Notes: generated by a model not told the origin, from the letters alone. A stretch of 64,000 nucleotides of DNA from Cytophagales bacterium (GCA_031425615.1 JANPJR010000030.1:82492-146491); one strand, 5' to 3'. Numbered from the stretch's first letter, positions 11,470-21,777 are shown. Made by a program: numbers and translations.

Positions 11470-13503
11470 TTATTGAATTACAAGACGTTTTACTTGTTTT
11501 TCACCATTTGTAACAACCGTTACAAAATAAATGCCTGCTTTGTAACCACGTACATCAAGCGTACCTTCGTATTGCACACTTTCAATGTTTTCAGTTGTAA
11601 TATTTTGCATTGCTTTACCAGATGCGTCAGTAAGCGAAATTTGGATTTTACCAAGATTAGCATTGTCAAAATTTTCTACACTGATTTTAGCTTCATCACT
11701 TGTAGGATTAGGATAAATGCTTGTGTTGAGGCTTGTTTTGAATGTAGGAACTTCCACAGAAGACTCACGCAAACCTGTTACTACATTCAATGTATAATCT
11801 TCTACTTCACCATAGCTAAATGCTTCGCAAGAAGTTTGTGCTGCGTTGTATTTCATAGATACACGAATACGTGTAGCCCCTAATGACGCAGTAGCTGGTA
11901 CTGTAAATGTAGAGCTTAATGTAGCTGCACTTGCAGAACTACGTGTCGCAACTGTTTCACCAGCATCTAAGAAATCACCATCTCTATTCCAATCCACATA
12001 GATTGCCCAAAACTCAGTAGCAGTATAACCTGAACGGAAACCAGCACTATAACTAATTGTTGTACTTGCACCTCTTGTTACATTGGTAGAAGAAGCAGTT
12101 CCATTGAAATAACCTGCATTACCTGCAGAAGTACGATTGATAGTACCAATTTGTACCAAATCAATCCATTCGTCAGCTACACTATTACCTTTTGAAGCAC
12201 AATAAGCAACAGTTGTTGTAGTAGTTGTAAAGGTTGCAGAAGCAGAGAAAGCACTATTTACAGCACTACAAGTAGCTCTTACTTGAAATTCATACGTAGT
12301 ACCCGCAGTCAAACCTGACAAACTTGCAGAAGTAGAAGCAGAAGTACCACTTGACCATGTAGTTGTGCCTGTTGGACGAAATTGAACACTGTAAGAAGTA
12401 GCACCTGTAACCGCTGACCAAGCAATGTTGGCAGTAGTAGTAGCAACCGCTGAACTTGTCAAACCTGCTGGTGTAGACAATGAAGTAGGGCATGTAGTAG
12501 TACCACCGCCTAAAGCTGGTGAAGTAAGAAGACTTATACGTGCTCCACCTGCATCAAACAACGCTCTTGCGCGTGCTTTTTGTCCCGCACTAAACATAAA
12601 CATACATTGGTCATTTACATAATCCATGTAGTTCATAAACATATCGCTTGTGTTGCTACATGTTTTTTTAGGGAATGTAGGACAACCACCGTTTGAAGTT
12701 TGTTGTGTAGGTGTATCAGATACCAAGTCATTACCACAATTTGCATCTCCCCAAATATGGCGAAGATTTAACCAGTGACCAACTTCATGTGTAGCAGTAC
12801 GACCATAGCCAAATACACCACCCAAAGAAGGATTTACACCAAAAAATTTATAACCCATTACTACACCATCTTTGAAAGTCCCTGCATCAGTTGGGAATGT
12901 TGCATAACCCAACAAATCAACGCTTGCACCACCAAAATTACACACCCACATATTCAAATATTGTGTGGTATTCCAAGCGTCTTTTCCACCTTGTGCAGTT
13001 TGTTTTACAAATACACCATTTGCATCACCACCACCATATTCAAAAAATGTTCTTGTGGTAGATGTGCGTGTAATACCATTTGTAGGATTGCCATTTGGGT
13101 CTTTTGTTGCTAATTGGAATTGAATTTCTAAGTCAGCAGCAACAGGTGCAAATAATGAAGGCACTTGACTTGCGTCTGGATTTGTTTTACGGAAGTCTTT
13201 GTTTAACACATCAATTTGTGATTGAATCATCGCATCAGTGATGTTCTGTGCAGCAGTATTATATACCACGTGTACTACTACTGGAATAGTAATTACGCCT
13301 GTTGCTTTGTCGCGTTTTTGTTCAAATGCTTGTGTGTGTTGTTCAATAGCGTCCATTCTATTACGAATTTCTGGCGTACCATTGTTATAGATTTCTTGGT
13401 GTGAGTGCGTACCGCAACCTCTGTGTTGTGCCAAAGCACCTGTTGATGATATGAAAAGGCTACCAACTGCAAGGCTGCCTAAAAATAGTAAATTTTTAAT
13501 CAT
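11470..13503 (-). CDS. Secreted zinc metalloprotease (M43 pappalysin/cytophagalysin-like) with a Fn3-like domain and a T9SS C-terminal sorting domain
   Basis: Signal peptide present. HEVGHWLNLRHIW matches HExxHxxGxxH. There is a Thr/Ser-rich Fn3-like stretch, and the C-terminus (...SIYPNPTSDEAKISVEN...YFVTVVTNGEKQVKRLVIQ) is a typical T9SS CTD. Confidence 0.8.
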   Translation of the reverse strand: MIKNLLFLGSLAVGSLFISSTGALAQHRGCGTHSHQEIYNNGTPEIRNRMDAIEQHTQAFEQKRDKATGVITIPVVVHVVYNTAAQNITDAMIQSQIDVLNKDFRKTNPDASQVPSLFAPVAADLEIQFQLATKDPNGNPTNGITRTSTTRTFFEYGGGDANGVFVKQTAQGGKDAWNTTQYLNMWVCNFGGASVDLLGYATFPTDAGTFKDGVVMGYKFFGVNPSLGGVFGYGRTATHEVGHWLNLRHIWGDANCGNDLVSDTPTQQTSNGGCPTFPKKTCSNTSDMFMNYMDYVNDQCMFMFSAGQKARARALFDAGGARISLLTSPALGGGTTTCPTSLSTPAGLTSSAVATTTANIAWSAVTGATSYSVQFRPTGTTTWSSGTSASTSASLSGLTAGTTYEFQVRATCSAVNSAFSASATFTTTTTTVAYCASKGNSVADEWIDLVQIGTINRTSAGNAGYFNGTASSTNVTRGASTTISYSAGFRSGYTATEFWAIYVDWNRDGDFLDAGETVATRSSASAATLSSTFTVPATASLGATRIRVSMKYNAAQTSCEAFSYGEVEDYTLNVVTGLRESSVEVPTFKTSLNTSIYPNPTSDEAKISVENFDNANLGKIQISLTDASGKAMQNITTENIESVQYEGTLDVRGYKAGIYFVTVVTNGEKQVKRLVIQ

Positions 13504-14039
13504 TTAAATAAAAAGGATAAATTTATTTTTTGAAATTTATTAAAAAAAATGTTAAAACTTTCGTGTTAGTTTTCTGTCAAAAATTGTATTAGTTTTTAAC
13601 ATGCACTTTTTTGAAAGTTTGATGGTGCAAAATTATGCAAGATTTTTAAAAAACAAATATTTTTTTAAAAATATTTGAAATATTCTTCGGTAAATAAGCT
13701 AATTATACAATTTATATTCGGTCTAATTTGGTATTTTTGCAGTATAAAATTTTGAGTTTATGGTTAAATTTGCCTATTTTTTTCCTTTTTTAATCCTATA
13801 AATCCTTTTTTAAGTACAAAAACAAAATTTTATTCTAATTTAATTTTTTTTTAAAAAACCGAATAAAATTTCGTTTTTGCAACATTGTTGCATTTATTTT
13901 TGAGCATTTTTTACAAGGGGAAATTTTATTTTGCCAAAAAATCAATAAAAAATATAAATATTAGCATATTATTTTGTATTATTTTTATAAATTATAAAAA
14001 ATAAAATGAAAGTTGAATTTTTAATATTTTTAAGCATTT

Positions 14040-14876
14040 TTATACCTCTTTATGATACAATGCCAAAATATCTTTGGTAATATGGGTATAAAGTGCTTGT
14101 ATTTGTGGTTCATTGGCTAATTTTTGTTGGTGTATTTCAATAATTTGCATATCACCACGTTTTGCTACGCCTGTTTGTGCATCAAAAGGAGGCATCAAAA
14201 ATGCCTTTTGGGCGGTTTCTTTTACCAAATTTTCAAGTATTTCAAAGGGAAGCTCTGCTTTTTGCAAAATTTCCTTTGCTACATAATACATAAAATTGCT
14301 AAAATTACAAGCAAAAGTTGCCCCAATATGTAAAATTTGTCTTTGTTCTGAATTTATTTGATATATTTTTGATGTAAGTTTATTAGCTATTTTATACAAA
14401 AAATCATTTATTGCTGTTTCGTCTGCTTGTATGCAAATGGGTATATTTTGCCAAAATTGCACAATTTTTTTTTTGTCAAATTCTTTTTTTTCTTTTGAAA
14501 ATGTTTGCAATGGATAAAAAACGCCTATTTTTGTAGTTTTTTCATTTATTTTATACAAAATTTCCAAAGGCGTGCTGCCAGAAGTATGCACAAAAAATAC
14601 ATTTTTAGGTAATTTTATTTCTGATACAACCTGCGATATAACTTCATCTTTTACTGCCAAAATAAATAATTTACTTTTGCTTTGTTCAAAATCCATTTGG
14701 TTTGTGATTGTAATTGGAGACCTATTTTTTTTTATGGCATTTAATTCATTTGCCAAATTTTCTGCATGTTGGATATTTTTGCTAAAAATTTCATTAACCA
14801 AAACACCTTTACTGAGATGTAAAACTTTTGCTAAATGTGTGGCTACATTGCCTGAGCCTATGATTGTTACTTTCAT
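14040..14876 (-). CDS. Rossmann-like / DUF2520-family predicted oxidoreductase
   Basis: N-terminal MKVTIIGSGNVATHLAKVL fits a GxGxxA dinucleotide-binding fold. 278 aa. Confidence 0.55.
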   Translation of the reverse strand: MKVTIIGSGNVATHLAKVLHLSKGVLVNEIFSKNIQHAENLANELNAIKKNRSPITITNQMDFEQSKSKLFILAVKDEVISQVVSEIKLPKNVFFVHTSGSTPLEILYKINEKTTKIGVFYPLQTFSKEKKEFDKKKIVQFWQNIPICIQADETAINDFLYKIANKLTSKIYQINSEQRQILHIGATFACNFSNFMYYVAKEILQKAELPFEILENLVKETAQKAFLMPPFDAQTGVAKRGDMQIIEIHQQKLANEPQIQALYTHITKDILALYHKEV

Positions 14877-15055
14877 GAATAATAGCCCCTAACTCCCAAA
14901 GGAGGAATTTTAGTGTAAAAAATAAGAATGAATAAAATATTAAGCATGATTTTAAACACAAAAATTGCTTATTTTTTTGTATTTTTGACACTTATTTTCT
15001 CAATATAAAATAAATAATTTGCTACGATTCCAGCCAGATTTCTGCAAAATAACAA

Positions 15056-15140
15056 AAAAAATTTGAACCTTTTGAACCTTAAACCTTAAACCTTTTGAAC
15101 TTTGAACCTTTTGAACCTTAAACCTTTTGAACCTTTTATT
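15056..15140. repeat. Imperfect tandem repeat of TTGAACCTT / TTAAACCTT units that overlaps the 5' end of the HTTM gene
   Basis: Seen directly: ttgaacctt ttgaacctt aaacctt aaacctt ttgaacttt gaacctt ttgaacctt aaacctt ttgaacctt. The same motif family occurs at 31890-31942 and, in the inverted sense, at 38595-38788. Confidence 0.7.
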
Positions 15141-16463
15141 ACTTTCCGTTTTTTGTGGGGGTTTTTATTAGCATATAGCACATTGCGGTTTATGTTGTTG
15201 GGTTGGGTAGAAGACCATTATTTGCGTCCTGTTTTTCATTTCAAATATTGGGGTTTTGAATGGGTAAGTACATTTTCTTTACCTATTTTTTTATATACAT
15301 TACATATATTATTGTTTTTGGGGGCAATTTGCATGATGTTTGGTGTGTGGTATCGTGTGGCTACTATCGTTGTTTTTATCACATTTACATACACCGAATT
15401 GATAGACCTTACATATTACCTCAACCATTATTATTTTGTAAGTGTAGTGTGTTTTTTAATGATTTTTTTTCCAAAACCTATTTATACAACAATAGAAAAT
15501 GGAGAAGGAAATACAGAAAAACAAACAGAAAACCAGTTATATATTCCGCAATGGGTTATCGTTTCGCTCAAATTACAAATAGCAATTGTATATGTTTATG
15601 CTGGTCTCGCGAAGATAAATTATGATTGGCTTGTATTGGCGTTGCCTTTAAAAATATGGCTTCCTGCACACGATAAGCTATTCTTGATTGGCGAAATATT
15701 TACTTGGAAAATCACACCTTATATATTTTCGTGGTTTGGTATGTTGTATGACTGCTTTATCATATTTTTTTTATTGTGGAAAAAAACCAGGAATTTTGCA
15801 TATTTTACGGTAATTGTTTTTCATATCTTAACAGGTTTATTGTTTCAAATTGGTATTTTCCCATTGGTCATGATTTGTGTAACATTGATTTTTTTTGATG
15901 CAAATTTTCATAAAAAAATTCATAAAAAAATACAAGAATTTTCATCTTTTTTTAGGCTTGGATTATACCCTAAAAAACAATTTATTGAACCACCACTAAA
16001 AATTAAAAAGCGTTTGAATTTACTTGCCCTTTGGGGGTTGGGAGGCTTTTTCTTGTTTCAATTATTATTCCCACTTAGATATTTGTTGTATGAAGGCAAT
16101 TTGTTTTGGACAGAAGAAGGTTATCGTTTTTCGTGGCGTGTGATGCTCATGGAAAAGGCAGGAACTGCTACTTTTTATGTAAAAAACTCGGACACAAATC
16201 ACGAAATAGTAGTTGAAAATCGTGAATTTTTAAATGCTCACCAAGAGAAACAAATGGCTATGCAACCTGATATGATTTTGCAATTTGCACATTTTTTGGG
16301 TGATTATTACGAAAAAAAAGGCGTAAAAAATCCACAAGTGCGTGCTGAGGTATATGTTACGCTCAATGCTCGCCCAAGCAAGTTATTGATTGACCCAAAA
16401 GTGGATTTGATGAAAGAAAAAGATGGTTTCGCACCAAAAAAATGGATTTTGCCCAATGACTAA
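15102..16463 (+). CDS. HTTM-domain protein (homolog of the vitamin K-dependent gamma-carboxylase domain), polytopic membrane
   Basis: The N-terminus ITFRFLWGFLLAYSTLRF... fits the conserved FRIxFGxxM start of the HTTM domain. There are many TM segments and the protein is 453 aa. The called start is a TTG inside the tandem repeat, so the true start is uncertain. Confidence 0.75.
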   Translation: MNLLNLKPFEPFITFRFLWGFLLAYSTLRFMLLGWVEDHYLRPVFHFKYWGFEWVSTFSLPIFLYTLHILLFLGAICMMFGVWYRVATIVVFITFTYTELIDLTYYLNHYYFVSVVCFLMIFFPKPIYTTIENGEGNTEKQTENQLYIPQWVIVSLKLQIAIVYVYAGLAKINYDWLVLALPLKIWLPAHDKLFLIGEIFTWKITPYIFSWFGMLYDCFIIFFLLWKKTRNFAYFTVIVFHILTGLLFQIGIFPLVMICVTLIFFDANFHKKIHKKIQEFSSFFRLGLYPKKQFIEPPLKIKKRLNLLALWGLGGFFLFQLLFPLRYLLYEGNLFWTEEGYRFSWRVMLMEKAGTATFYVKNSDTNHEIVVENREFLNAHQEKQMAMQPDMILQFAHFLGDYYEKKGVKNPQVRAEVYVTLNARPSKLLIDPKVDLMKEKDGFAPKKWILPND

Positions 16464-16472
16464 GAATATTTT

Positions 16473-19067
16473 TTAATTTTGTGTAGCAGTAAGCAAATTT
16501 TCTAAACCACTTCTAAAATTTTCTTGCAGTAATCTTTCATCTCGTAAATAAACAAAAAACTCCTCGTAATCACTTGGGCTAAGAAAATGAAATATATATT
16601 TTTGAGTAATATTTTGAGTGATTAAAATATTATTTAGTTCTTCAAAATGCTGTTTTGCATATTTATATTTTGCGATATTTTCCAAAGAGTTGTCATTGTC
16701 TGACTTAATTTCCACCACAATAATATATGAGAAACCATTTTTTTTTATTTGTATAAAAAAATCAGGGTTAAATTTTGGGTGCTTGGTATGATTACCTTTT
16801 TCAGTAGTAAGCGTGTATTCTATTTCATATAATTTTTGATTTTTAGACTTAAACCACGCATTTATTTCGCCCGCATTATCTTTTTTACAAAGTAAATCTA
16901 CAAATTTTCGCTCTGGTTCTGAGCTTGTGAAAACTAAATCGGTTGAGGTTTTGAATAAAACAGTTTGGATAGATTTTGAGGCGTTCCTTGGTAATTTGCT
17001 ATTTTCACCAATAATTTCACGCAGTACCATTTTTACTTCTTCGTTTTGGATTTCTGTTTCCCAATCTTCTTTTGCATAAAAAACCGTGCTATCCCTCCTT
17101 AAATTACTAATGGATAAACCTTCTGTTTCTCTATCACAAGTATTTACAAGAAAAATAGGATTAGGTTTTTTTTCATAAGTAATCGTTTTGCTATTTTCTC
17201 TTAAAAGTGTTTGAAAAGAGGAAATAATAATTTGGTAGTTTTTTTTATCCAAAAAATCTCCTGAAATACCTACTTTTTCCATTGACTTGCGAATAATTGC
17301 CTCAATGCTGGTACGTGGTGGTTGATTTTCTTGTGTATATTCTTCACCTGTGGCAAGTTTGATGGCTTTTGCCTCAAATTTGCGGTTGGTAAAAGTTTCA
17401 AAAATTTTTTCTACGATTTTATCCACCGAAAACATTTCTTTTGCTATATGATAGGTGCGTTCTTTGATTTCTCCTTTGACATTTTGAAATACAACATCAG
17501 GGTTATACTCCTCTATTTGAGATTGAAGTTGTATAAGTTCCTTAGAATAGTCAAAAGTTGTTGTTTTTTTCGCTTCTTTTTCTTGTGCTATGCGCTCATA
17601 ACTTAAATTATACAAGTCAAAATGATATTTGCTTCTTTCTTCTCCGTTTTTCAAAGGATTTGCATATAATTTCATTTCTATTTCAAGAAGTTCATCTACC
17701 AATTTTTGAATTTTTGATGTCCAATTATCATGGTTAAAAATAGTTACTTGTGCATTTGGATAAGCAAGTGGTAAACGCAAACCTCGCCCTAATACTTGTG
17801 CAATCAATAATTTTGAATTAAAAGCACGCTCTTCCATTGGCACGATTTGGAATACGTTTTTTACGTCCCAGCCCTCTGTAAGCATAGAAACCGACACTAT
17901 CCATTCAACGTTATTGTCTGTATTGTCTACATAAGGTAAAATATTTTTTACATTATTTTCGTGGTCTTTATGTGAAGTTACAAGTAGAACTTTATTTTTT
18001 CGTATTTCATTTATGGGCGTATTTTCTTTTTTTGTCAAAAATTCACATAAAATTTCTGTAACTTGTCTTGCTAATTTTATATCTTGGGTAATGAGAATAG
18101 TAAGCGGTTTTATTTTTGGATAGATTTTTTTGTTATAAAGGTGATTTTGATAAATTTTCTGATATTTTTCGTCTTTTTCTTTTGTTTCATCGTCTTTTGC
18201 CACATATTCTATTGTTTTTACAATGTTTTCATTTATGGCTTGTTTGAGTGAGTAACGATAAATTACATCATTAAAATATTCATTATCAATATAAGCAGTG
18301 CCTGTAAAACCCAACATATATTGGAATTGATAGGCGGAATCCACTAAAAACTCCTTCCATTTTTTGATGCTTTTGGTTTCGCCATCATTGCCAAATATTT
18401 TATTATAAATATGATGACTTTCATCGCTCAATACCAAACATTTTTCACCTTTGCCAAAGCCCAAACTATCCAATATTGAACTGCTGTTTTTGTGGTATAT
18501 TGCATGTATATTTTCTATGCAAATATCTCCTGCTTTGATGGTTTGTGAGGCATCAATAATACGTGGGTTTTTAAAAATAGCATTTTGCGGAATTTCATTT
18601 TTTAGACTTGCACCAGATGCAAAACTATCAAATTTTTCGGTTAAGCCTTTTTCAATCGTTAAAGAGGGACAAAGTAAAAGTACTTTATCCACCAAACCCA
18701 AACCTAAGGCTATCTGTGCAATGCCATACATCACATAACTTTTGCCTGTGCCTGTTGCCAAATCAATAGTTGCACTTAGTTTTTGAGGAAGTTGGATTTT
18801 TTTGTGGTAATCTTTTATGTCTTTATATCGCTCTTGTAGATGTTCGCTTTTGGGATAATTTTCACTTATTAATGACTCTATATTTTTATATTTTCCTGAA
18901 AAAAGGTAAATAATGGCGGTTTTTATTGCCTCTTTTTGATAATTACGATTTTGACAAAGTACATCTAAAAAACTATCCCAATGAGATAAATCTAATTTTA
19001 ACACATCATAATTTTTAGACACACGCAAAACCAAATCTTGCGTTTTGAAAGTTTTTATATCAAGCAT
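16473..19067 (-). CDS. res: Type III restriction enzyme Res subunit (SF2 helicase plus C-terminal PD-(D/E)xK nuclease)
   Basis: Walker A DLATGTGKSYVM, motif II LVLSDESHH (DEAH-like), motif VI QVLGRGLRL. The C-terminal PDFF...VVEIK is a PD-ExK core. 864 aa. It lies immediately downstream of mod on the same strand. Confidence 0.85.
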   Translation of the reverse strand: MLDIKTFKTQDLVLRVSKNYDVLKLDLSHWDSFLDVLCQNRNYQKEAIKTAIIYLFSGKYKNIESLISENYPKSEHLQERYKDIKDYHKKIQLPQKLSATIDLATGTGKSYVMYGIAQIALGLGLVDKVLLLCPSLTIEKGLTEKFDSFASGASLKNEIPQNAIFKNPRIIDASQTIKAGDICIENIHAIYHKNSSSILDSLGFGKGEKCLVLSDESHHIYNKIFGNDGETKSIKKWKEFLVDSAYQFQYMLGFTGTAYIDNEYFNDVIYRYSLKQAINENIVKTIEYVAKDDETKEKDEKYQKIYQNHLYNKKIYPKIKPLTILITQDIKLARQVTEILCEFLTKKENTPINEIRKNKVLLVTSHKDHENNVKNILPYVDNTDNNVEWIVSVSMLTEGWDVKNVFQIVPMEERAFNSKLLIAQVLGRGLRLPLAYPNAQVTIFNHDNWTSKIQKLVDELLEIEMKLYANPLKNGEERSKYHFDLYNLSYERIAQEKEAKKTTTFDYSKELIQLQSQIEEYNPDVVFQNVKGEIKERTYHIAKEMFSVDKIVEKIFETFTNRKFEAKAIKLATGEEYTQENQPPRTSIEAIIRKSMEKVGISGDFLDKKNYQIIISSFQTLLRENSKTITYEKKPNPIFLVNTCDRETEGLSISNLRRDSTVFYAKEDWETEIQNEEVKMVLREIIGENSKLPRNASKSIQTVLFKTSTDLVFTSSEPERKFVDLLCKKDNAGEINAWFKSKNQKLYEIEYTLTTEKGNHTKHPKFNPDFFIQIKKNGFSYIIVVEIKSDNDNSLENIAKYKYAKQHFEELNNILITQNITQKYIFHFLSPSDYEEFFVYLRDERLLQENFRSGLENLLTATQN

Positions 19068-19166
19068 AGTTTTTTTTAGTTTGATGTTTGATGGGCATAA
19101 ATGCCTATCTTTTACATAAAAAATATGTATAGAATAGACATTTATGCCTATTTTTAAATATCCATT

Positions 19167-21296
19167 TTAGTTTGAATTTATTTTAATTTCTTCCCTAAAT
19201 TCATTGCCATAAATATCCACATACACCACACAAATTTTTGGCGTAGTAGGATTTATTTTTAAGGAAATGTTTTTTTGGTTGATGAGTTCTGCTTTTATTT
19301 GCTCCGCAAAAATATTTTTTTCGTCCTCTGCATCTTTTTGCATTTGTTTTTTTGATTTTATTAAATCTTCTGCAAATGCAAATGTGGTCATACAAAACTC
19401 TTTTTCATTATAACTTTCATCTACTAAAATCATAGAAAGGCTTTCAAAATTTTGCATTTCTTTGCCTGTATCTTCTGATGAATAAGTGGTTTTGAACTGG
19501 GTTATCACAAGTTCATTGTTGATAATGCTACTTTCTACCTCAGGTTGTCGCACAAATTGAAAACCTATGGCATCGTCCAAACTATTAATTTTTTGTTTGC
19601 TTTGTGGCTGACGGAATTTTTTAAATTCCTTTTTGTGCAATTCTTGGATAATGCTATAAGGCACACGCAAAAAATAATACCTCAAATCTTCTATCTCGTG
19701 ATAGTCTGCTATAAATTGTACCTTGTTGGCAGGTGCTACGATATAGAAACGGTTTCTTACCCTGCCACCAATCAAACTATGCAAGTTTTCTAAATATTCC
19801 TCGTCAATGCCCGCCTCTGGAAAATCCCAATATTTATATACCAATACATCAAAACCAAACCTATCACCGTCTATTTCTAAACCATTGATATAATGTTTTT
19901 TTTCGGTTGCTTGAAACAAATCCAATACAAATTTTGTGTATTTTTCGTGGCTCAATTGAAATAATTTTGGCAAATCATACAAACCTGTATTCACAGTGAT
20001 AAACGCATTTGCTAATTTTTCGTATTTTTTGGTAGTATTTTCAAGGCTTTTGCTGTTTTGGATTTGTAGCATACGCTTTTGCATGGTATAAAACGATAGT
20101 TTGCCTATATCGCATGTTATCCATTTACGCCCCAATTTCTCTGCTACCGCTATCGTAGTGCCACTCCCACCAAAAAAATCTAATACCAAATCGCCTTCTT
20201 GGGTGCTACTTTTTATCACACGTTCTAATAAATCTTCAGAGTTTTCGGTGGGATAGCCCATAGAATTTGAATAACCTGCAATGTCTGTCCAATTGCTATC
20301 AATTACTTCAAAATCTGTAGGTTCTACCCAATATTCTGGTTTTACGTTGTTATTGGCTTTGCATTTTTGACAAGAATTACCCCAATCTCCTTTATAATGG
20401 ATATATCCACAATTTTTACAAACTAATCTAATTTTTTGCAATAAAGTTAACTTATCAATATTATCTTGTGAATATTTAAAATGTTTGCCAATAGGTGGAG
20501 ATAATGACTTCCCAAAAAATATTTTTTCACCTCCTTGACCAGCAGAGTCATCCATATGTCGCCAAAAACCTTTTCTTTCTTTTTCTCTTTTTTTAGAAAT
20601 GTCTTCCAAATAAAACGTATCAGTTTTAGCATAAAATAGAACAACATCCGTAGCAGTTGGAAAAACTTTTTGTTTTTGAGATAAAACTGCATTTTTTTTT
20701 ATCCTGTTTACTGAAAATTCATTTCTAAAATTATCTTTTCCAAAAACTTCATCAAGCACAAGTTTGATATAATGCCCAAAATGATAATCTTGTCTTACAA
20801 AAATACTTCCATCATCAGCCAAAATTTCTTTTGCTATGATGAGCCTTTTTCTAATAAATTCCACAAAGTCAGCCCCTTTTACTTTGGCAGAATAGGCTTT
20901 TTGTCCTTTGTTACCATCATATTCATCACCTGTGCCAAAAGGTGGGTCAATATAGATAAGTTTGACTTTGCCTTTTACTTTGTCTTTGATGAGTGCATCT
21001 TCATTTTTGTAAATAGTTTTGAGAAATTGTAAATTATCCCCAAAAACAATCATGTTTTTCCAATCATTTTCTATATTTTTGCGTTCATTATTATATACAT
21101 TTGATATTTGGAGAGGTACAGCTACTACACCATCTTCATCAGCCAAAATATCTTCTTTACGCATTTTGCCTGCATATTGCAGTTCATATTCTTTCTGGAT
21201 AGTAGGGAATATTTTTTCTTTGAAGTCGAGCGGAATAACTTCGTTATTTTGTAATTTTTGGATTAAAAATTCTATTTCTAAGTCTGAAAGTTGCAT
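19167..21296 (-). CDS. mod: Type III N6-adenine DNA methyltransferase Mod subunit (beta-class) with a C-terminal extension of roughly 300 aa
   Basis: N-terminal LQYAGK (LxWxGK-like). Motif IV IYIDPPFG precedes motif I LDFFGGSGTT, which is the beta-class order. The TRD region contains a Cys4 ribbon (CKNCGY...CQKCK). 709 aa. Confidence 0.85.
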   Translation of the reverse strand: MQLSDLEIEFLIQKLQNNEVIPLDFKEKIFPTIQKEYELQYAGKMRKEDILADEDGVVAVPLQISNVYNNERKNIENDWKNMIVFGDNLQFLKTIYKNEDALIKDKVKGKVKLIYIDPPFGTGDEYDGNKGQKAYSAKVKGADFVEFIRKRLIIAKEILADDGSIFVRQDYHFGHYIKLVLDEVFGKDNFRNEFSVNRIKKNAVLSQKQKVFPTATDVVLFYAKTDTFYLEDISKKREKERKGFWRHMDDSAGQGGEKIFFGKSLSPPIGKHFKYSQDNIDKLTLLQKIRLVCKNCGYIHYKGDWGNSCQKCKANNNVKPEYWVEPTDFEVIDSNWTDIAGYSNSMGYPTENSEDLLERVIKSSTQEGDLVLDFFGGSGTTIAVAEKLGRKWITCDIGKLSFYTMQKRMLQIQNSKSLENTTKKYEKLANAFITVNTGLYDLPKLFQLSHEKYTKFVLDLFQATEKKHYINGLEIDGDRFGFDVLVYKYWDFPEAGIDEEYLENLHSLIGGRVRNRFYIVAPANKVQFIADYHEIEDLRYYFLRVPYSIIQELHKKEFKKFRQPQSKQKINSLDDAIGFQFVRQPEVESSIINNELVITQFKTTYSSEDTGKEMQNFESLSMILVDESYNEKEFCMTTFAFAEDLIKSKKQMQKDAEDEKNIFAEQIKAELINQKNISLKINPTTPKICVVYVDIYGNEFREEIKINSN

Positions 21297-21359
21297 GATT
21301 TTTTTGCAAAAAGATTTTTTTGCAAAAAAAATGAAAAAAATATAAAAAATACTATAAAT

Positions 21360-21402
21360 TTAGCACTAAAAGTACTAAATTTGCCTTTTTAGTAGTACTT
21401 AA
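21360..21402. promoter_or_regulatory. Candidate operator palindromes in the divergent mod / XRE promoter region
   Basis: TTAGCACTAAAAGTACTAA is an imperfect palindrome with an AGTACT core. A second AGTAGTACTTAA half-site lies 12 bp downstream. Both fall between the divergent starts at 21296 (minus) and 21415 (plus). Confidence 0.3.
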
Positions 21403-21414
21403 TTTTTCCCATTT

Positions 21415-21777
21415 ATGGACATCAATAATATAGGCAAAACAATCAAAAAATTACGAGAATTACGTAATTATACACAAGAATATATGGCAGAACAACTAAG
21501 TATGAGTCAAACTGGCTATTCTAAAATAGAAAGAAACGAAACAGATATTAGTATTTCTAAAATACAAGAAATAGCTAAAGTGCTAAATATTACTTTTGAA
21601 GATATTTTAGGATTTGATGAAAAATTAAATTTTTTCAATAATATTACCAATAACGAACAATCTGTACAAACAATATTGTATAGTAATACCTTTGACCGAG
21701 AGCGTAAATTGTATGAGGAACGCATACAGGCACAAGAAAAAGAGATATTATTTTTGCGTGGGTTATTGGGAAAATAA
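21415..21777 (+). CDS. XRE-family helix-turn-helix transcriptional regulator
   Basis: IKKLRELRNYTQEYMAEQLSMSQTGYSKIERNETDISISKIQEIAKVLNI is a canonical Cro/C1-type HTH. 120 aa. It is divergent from the Type III mod gene. Confidence 0.75.
   Translation: MDINNIGKTIKKLRELRNYTQEYMAEQLSMSQTGYSKIERNETDISISKIQEIAKVLNITFEDILGFDEKLNFFNNITNNEQSVQTILYSNTFDRERKLYEERIQAQEKEILFLRGLLGK

Noticed and set aside
15056-15140. Tandem repeat regions (15056-15140, 22640-23600, 34393-34500, 48586-48697) considered as possible CRISPR arrays
   Set aside because: There is no alternation of repeats with unique spacers of similar length. The units are contiguous or lie inside coding sequence, and no cas genes are present.
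16473-19067. The helicase-nuclease protein considered as a Type I HsdR or a BREX/DISARM helicase
   Set aside because: The nuclease (PD-ExK) is C-terminal and the helicase is N-terminal. The gene is paired with a beta-class Mod that carries the LxWxGK N-terminus, and there is no HsdS or PglZ. Type III Res is therefore the better fit.
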